From a virus: 64,000 nucleotides of DNA. The notes beneath the pieces were generated by a model. The model was not told the origin of the DNA. It did no database searches and saw nothing but the letters and a program-made list of their open reading frames with translations. Shown in pieces: positions 61,320 through 64,000 of the stretch. How positions within the stretch are numbered: the stretch's first letter is position 1; every line of letters begins with the position of its first letter. A program made the translations under genes and the position numbers. The DNA lies in IMG/VR virus record IMGVR_UViG_3300045988_125846, positions 64,001 through 128,000 of that record. One strand, given 5' to 3'.

Positions 61320-62559
61320 GCGTGTCGCAAATGCCAAGAACAACGGTGCTAAAACGATTGGTCAGATTTATAAGGAACAGTCTGATTGGGCGATGGAACA
61401 GACATTTGAAAACGACATCGCTACAAAGACTTGTTACATCTATGACTATTTTCATGACGATTTTTTCACAGATGAACATGGAATTACACGTTCACTTGCT
61501 GAAGGTATGACTTATGAAAATACTAATAAGACAAAAATAGATGCAAAGTTTATTGTCAAATCTTATCAGTCAATGGACAAAGATCAAGTGGAATACTATC
61601 TTATGTTTCGTCCAAGTCAGCCTGTAAGATTTAATGAGGGCGATGACCTTTATTATTATGAGACTGATTTCAGGAAACGCTATGGAGCGACATTTCCGAT
61701 AGGACTTTTCGTGGACGTTCCAGATGATAGAGGAATTTATCATAAGTGGATTGTCTGTCGTGATGAACCTGCAAATCAGTTTCCAAAGTATCTGATTTTA
61801 CCAGTAAATTATGAACTTACATGGATTGAAAAGAATGATGATAAACGTATCAAGAGACGTATGTGGTGTTGTTTAAGACAACAGAATTCTTACACGATTG
61901 GAACTTACACAGACCGATATTTTACACATACAGATAATCAGGATAAGATATGGTTGCCAATGAACTCTATTACAGAGAAGTTTTGGTACACTTCTGAAGA
62001 TTCTAAAAATATGCGAGTTGTAGTAAGTGCTTTGACAGAACATCCTACAGTATGGACAGTGACCAAGGTTGAAAATTCAATGCCATTTGGCATTCAAAAG
62101 CTTACTATATATACAGCATTTTGGAACGAGCATACTGATTATGTCAATCTTGAAACAGGCGAAATGTATGCGAACTATTTCGATTCAGAAATTGCCCCAA
62201 CCGATCCATCCACACCAATTCCTGCTCCATCTTCTATCACAGCTAAGATTTCTGCATCCACTTCAACAATCAAAGTAGGTGGCTCTTATAAAAATTTTAC
62301 CGTAAATTTCTACAACGATTCCAATGAAGATATTACAACTGAATATGCTGATGCAACCTTTACATGGACTTGCTTTATTGATAATGAAGATTGGACTGAT
62401 AAAGTCACATGGCGAACTGGTACAGAGTACAACCAAAAGAAAGCAAAGTTTCCTAACGACACTTCTACTATCGGCAAAATATTGTCTATTAAGTGTGAAA
62501 TTGTTAAGGATAGCTTGCCGATTAAATCCGAAATTTTGTCGTTAGAATTAACTGAATAG
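61297..62559 (+). CDS. hypothetical structural protein with a C-terminal Ig-like region
   Basis: 420 aa. The C-terminal ~110 aa (SSITAKISASTSTIKVGGSYKNFTVNFYN..) looks like a beta-sandwich. Confidence 0.55.
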   Translation: MPSLQTARRVANAKNNGAKTIGQIYKEQSDWAMEQTFENDIATKTCYIYDYFHDDFFTDEHGITRSLAEGMTYENTNKTKIDAKFIVKSYQSMDKDQVEYYLMFRPSQPVRFNEGDDLYYYETDFRKRYGATFPIGLFVDVPDDRGIYHKWIVCRDEPANQFPKYLILPVNYELTWIEKNDDKRIKRRMWCCLRQQNSYTIGTYTDRYFTHTDNQDKIWLPMNSITEKFWYTSEDSKNMRVVVSALTEHPTVWTVTKVENSMPFGIQKLTIYTAFWNEHTDYVNLETGEMYANYFDSEIAPTDPSTPIPAPSSITAKISASTSTIKVGGSYKNFTVNFYNDSNEDITTEYADATFTWTCFIDNEDWTDKVTWRTGTEYNQKKAKFPNDTSTIGKILSIKCEIVKDSLPIKSEILSLELTE

Positions 62560-62569
62560 GAGGTGTTTT

Positions 62570-63220
62570 ATGGCAGAAAAATTAGTTACAAAGAATGATT
62601 TGTTAAATAAGCTTCGTGCATATAGAATTACTCCTGACGATGAAAATATTCAGTATAAGAAAAAGATTGAAAAAGCACTTATGCTTAATCCATGTCTTTT
62701 ATATGCACTCAATGAGAAGTCATTAGAGTCTGAACTTTTCGATGATGATGGAAATATCAACTGGGAATGGAACGAAGATACAAAAGAGTATGAACCTCTT
62801 GGGGAATGGGATAGATATTTTGGTGGAACTTCTAATATTCGTCCTTATTTATTTATTCCTGATACTCAGACTGAGGTAAAACATTATATCTGTTACCAAG
62901 TATCTTTTGATGAAATGCCTCGTTATCAAGATACATTAAAGTACACAAATATTACATTTACAATATTTGTTCACGGTAATGACAGAAATGACAAATTAAC
63001 AGGTATTCCAAGGCATGATCTTATTGCTTCTATTATAAGAGAGCGATTTAATTGGTCTAATATATTTGGAATGCAAACACATCTTGTATCATCAAAGGAA
63101 TCTACAACAGATAATAATTATCTTGTTCGCACTCTCGTATTCCAAGTTGTTGACACTAATGGAATTCATAAAACAACAGATAAAAAATCTTCTATCATGA
63201 ATTACGGTATAAGGCGGTGA
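62570..63220 (+). CDS. hypothetical structural-module protein
   Basis: 216 aa, GGAGGTG RBS. Confidence 0.55.
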   Translation: MAEKLVTKNDLLNKLRAYRITPDDENIQYKKKIEKALMLNPCLLYALNEKSLESELFDDDGNINWEWNEDTKEYEPLGEWDRYFGGTSNIRPYLFIPDTQTEVKHYICYQVSFDEMPRYQDTLKYTNITFTIFVHGNDRNDKLTGIPRHDLIASIIRERFNWSNIFGMQTHLVSSKESTTDNNYLVRTLVFQVVDTNGIHKTTDKKSSIMNYGIRR

Positions 63221-63224
63221 TTAT

Positions 63225-64000
63225 TTGGATGTATTAGAAACGTTAAATAATCTTCAATCTGCTGCTGAAGAAGATATAAAAAAGAAACAAGAAAAAAGTC
63301 ATAATCCAGAATACCATTTTGACAAACTTAAAATGTATTTTGGTGAGGATTATACAATAAATGGTATAACTGTTTCAATTCCAACCATAGGAGATATTTT
63401 AAATATTGGCGAATCAAAATTTTACCAAGCAATCTCTCCTTTTCTGAGTAATTCTACTTCTATTCGAGTTCTTCTTTATGATGTATTTAAAAAGGATTGG
63501 AACAAAACAAAAGATATTGAAGTGTTTTATATCTTATATCAATTGCTCGAAGATAAAGAGCCGTTAAAGCTACTATTCAAAGATTTTAGTTTTGATGGTT
63601 TTGAGCTGATTCAAGCAAGAAAAAATGTTGACGATCCAGAATACAATCATCTTGCGCTTTTAAATCAAGATAAAAATATGATTATTTATGATGACGAATA
63701 TATGGAAATTGCCGAATTTATTCGAGCGATGATGAATGTTCATCCAAAGGTGGAAAAAGCAAAAGGTAAAACAACAAAACAATGGATACTACAGGAAGAT
63801 AGAATGAAAGCTGAACAGGATGATAAAAAGAAGGGCGTATCGACTCTTTTACCACTTGTTTCGAGTTGTATAAATCATCCTGGGTTTAAATATAAGTTGG
63901 AAGAATTAAAACAAGTGAATATATGTCAGTTTATGGATTCTGTAAACAGAATTCAAAAATACGAACAGGGAACGGCTGCTCTACACGGAATTTACGGTGG
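63225..64000 (+). CDS. hypothetical protein (3' end outside the window)
   Basis: Not in the ORF track. The frame is open from TTG at 63225 (AAGGCGGTGA upstream) to the window edge: LDVLETLNNLQSAAEEDIKKKQEKSHNPEYHFDKLKMYFGEDY... The start is uncertain. Confidence 0.5.
   Translation, partial: MDVLETLNNLQSAAEEDIKKKQEKSHNPEYHFDKLKMYFGEDYTINGITVSIPTIGDILNIGESKFYQAISPFLSNSTSIRVLLYDVFKKDWNKTKDIEVFYILYQLLEDKEPLKLLFKDFSFDGFELIQARKNVDDPEYNHLALLNQDKNMIIYDDEYMEIAEFIRAMMNVHPKVEKAKGKTTKQWILQEDRMKAEQDDKKKGVSTLLPLVSSCINHPGFKYKLEELKQVNICQFMDSVNRIQKYEQGTAALHGIYG

Noticed and set aside
1-64000. CRISPR arrays, rRNA genes, a reverse transcriptase/retron/DGR, suppressor tRNAs or stop-codon recoding
   Set aside because: No regularly spaced direct repeats with unique spacers were seen, and there are no rRNA-like stretches or RT motifs. 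All long late genes are intact under the standard code, and no tRNA has a CTA, TCA or TTA anticodon.

Overview
This window looks like part of a large, AT-rich tailed phage or prophage of a Firmicutes-type host. It shows strong GGAGG-type ribosome-binding sites (RBS), sigma-A-type promoters and intrinsic terminators. Positions 1-32.9 kb are an almost unbroken minus-strand array of about 80 mostly small genes. They include three tandem TerD paralogs, a Ca-type P-type ATPase, a HAD phosphatase, a sigma-like/DUF262 fusion, MazF-like and HicA-like toxins, AbrB/XRE/RHH regulators, a tyrosine recombinase and two tRNAs. A 1.4 kb non-coding control region (30.6-32.0 kb) carries three tandem near-consensus leftward promoters, a roughly 575 nt structured leader and a G-depleted tract. 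From 33.4 kb the genes run rightward. They encode a P-loop/helicase-like protein, small ParB-like and GIY-YIG proteins, and a 922 aa protein with RSPxxH...DxDGD motifs typical of YonO/QDE-1-type two-barrel RNA polymerases, followed by an HU-like gene. Next comes a 1.3 kb ORF-free structured-RNA island bracketed by tRNAs, then PhoH, ClpP-like, metallophosphoesterase and HU genes. A mosaic tRNA island follows, holding eight more tRNAs interleaved with a second recombinase, a Ku homolog and a GIY-YIG homing endonuclease. The window ends with a packaging and head module (terminase, portal, protease/scaffold, capsid). No rRNA, CRISPR array, reverse transcriptase or suppressor tRNA was seen. All functional calls rest on motif recognition by eye and need profile searches to confirm.
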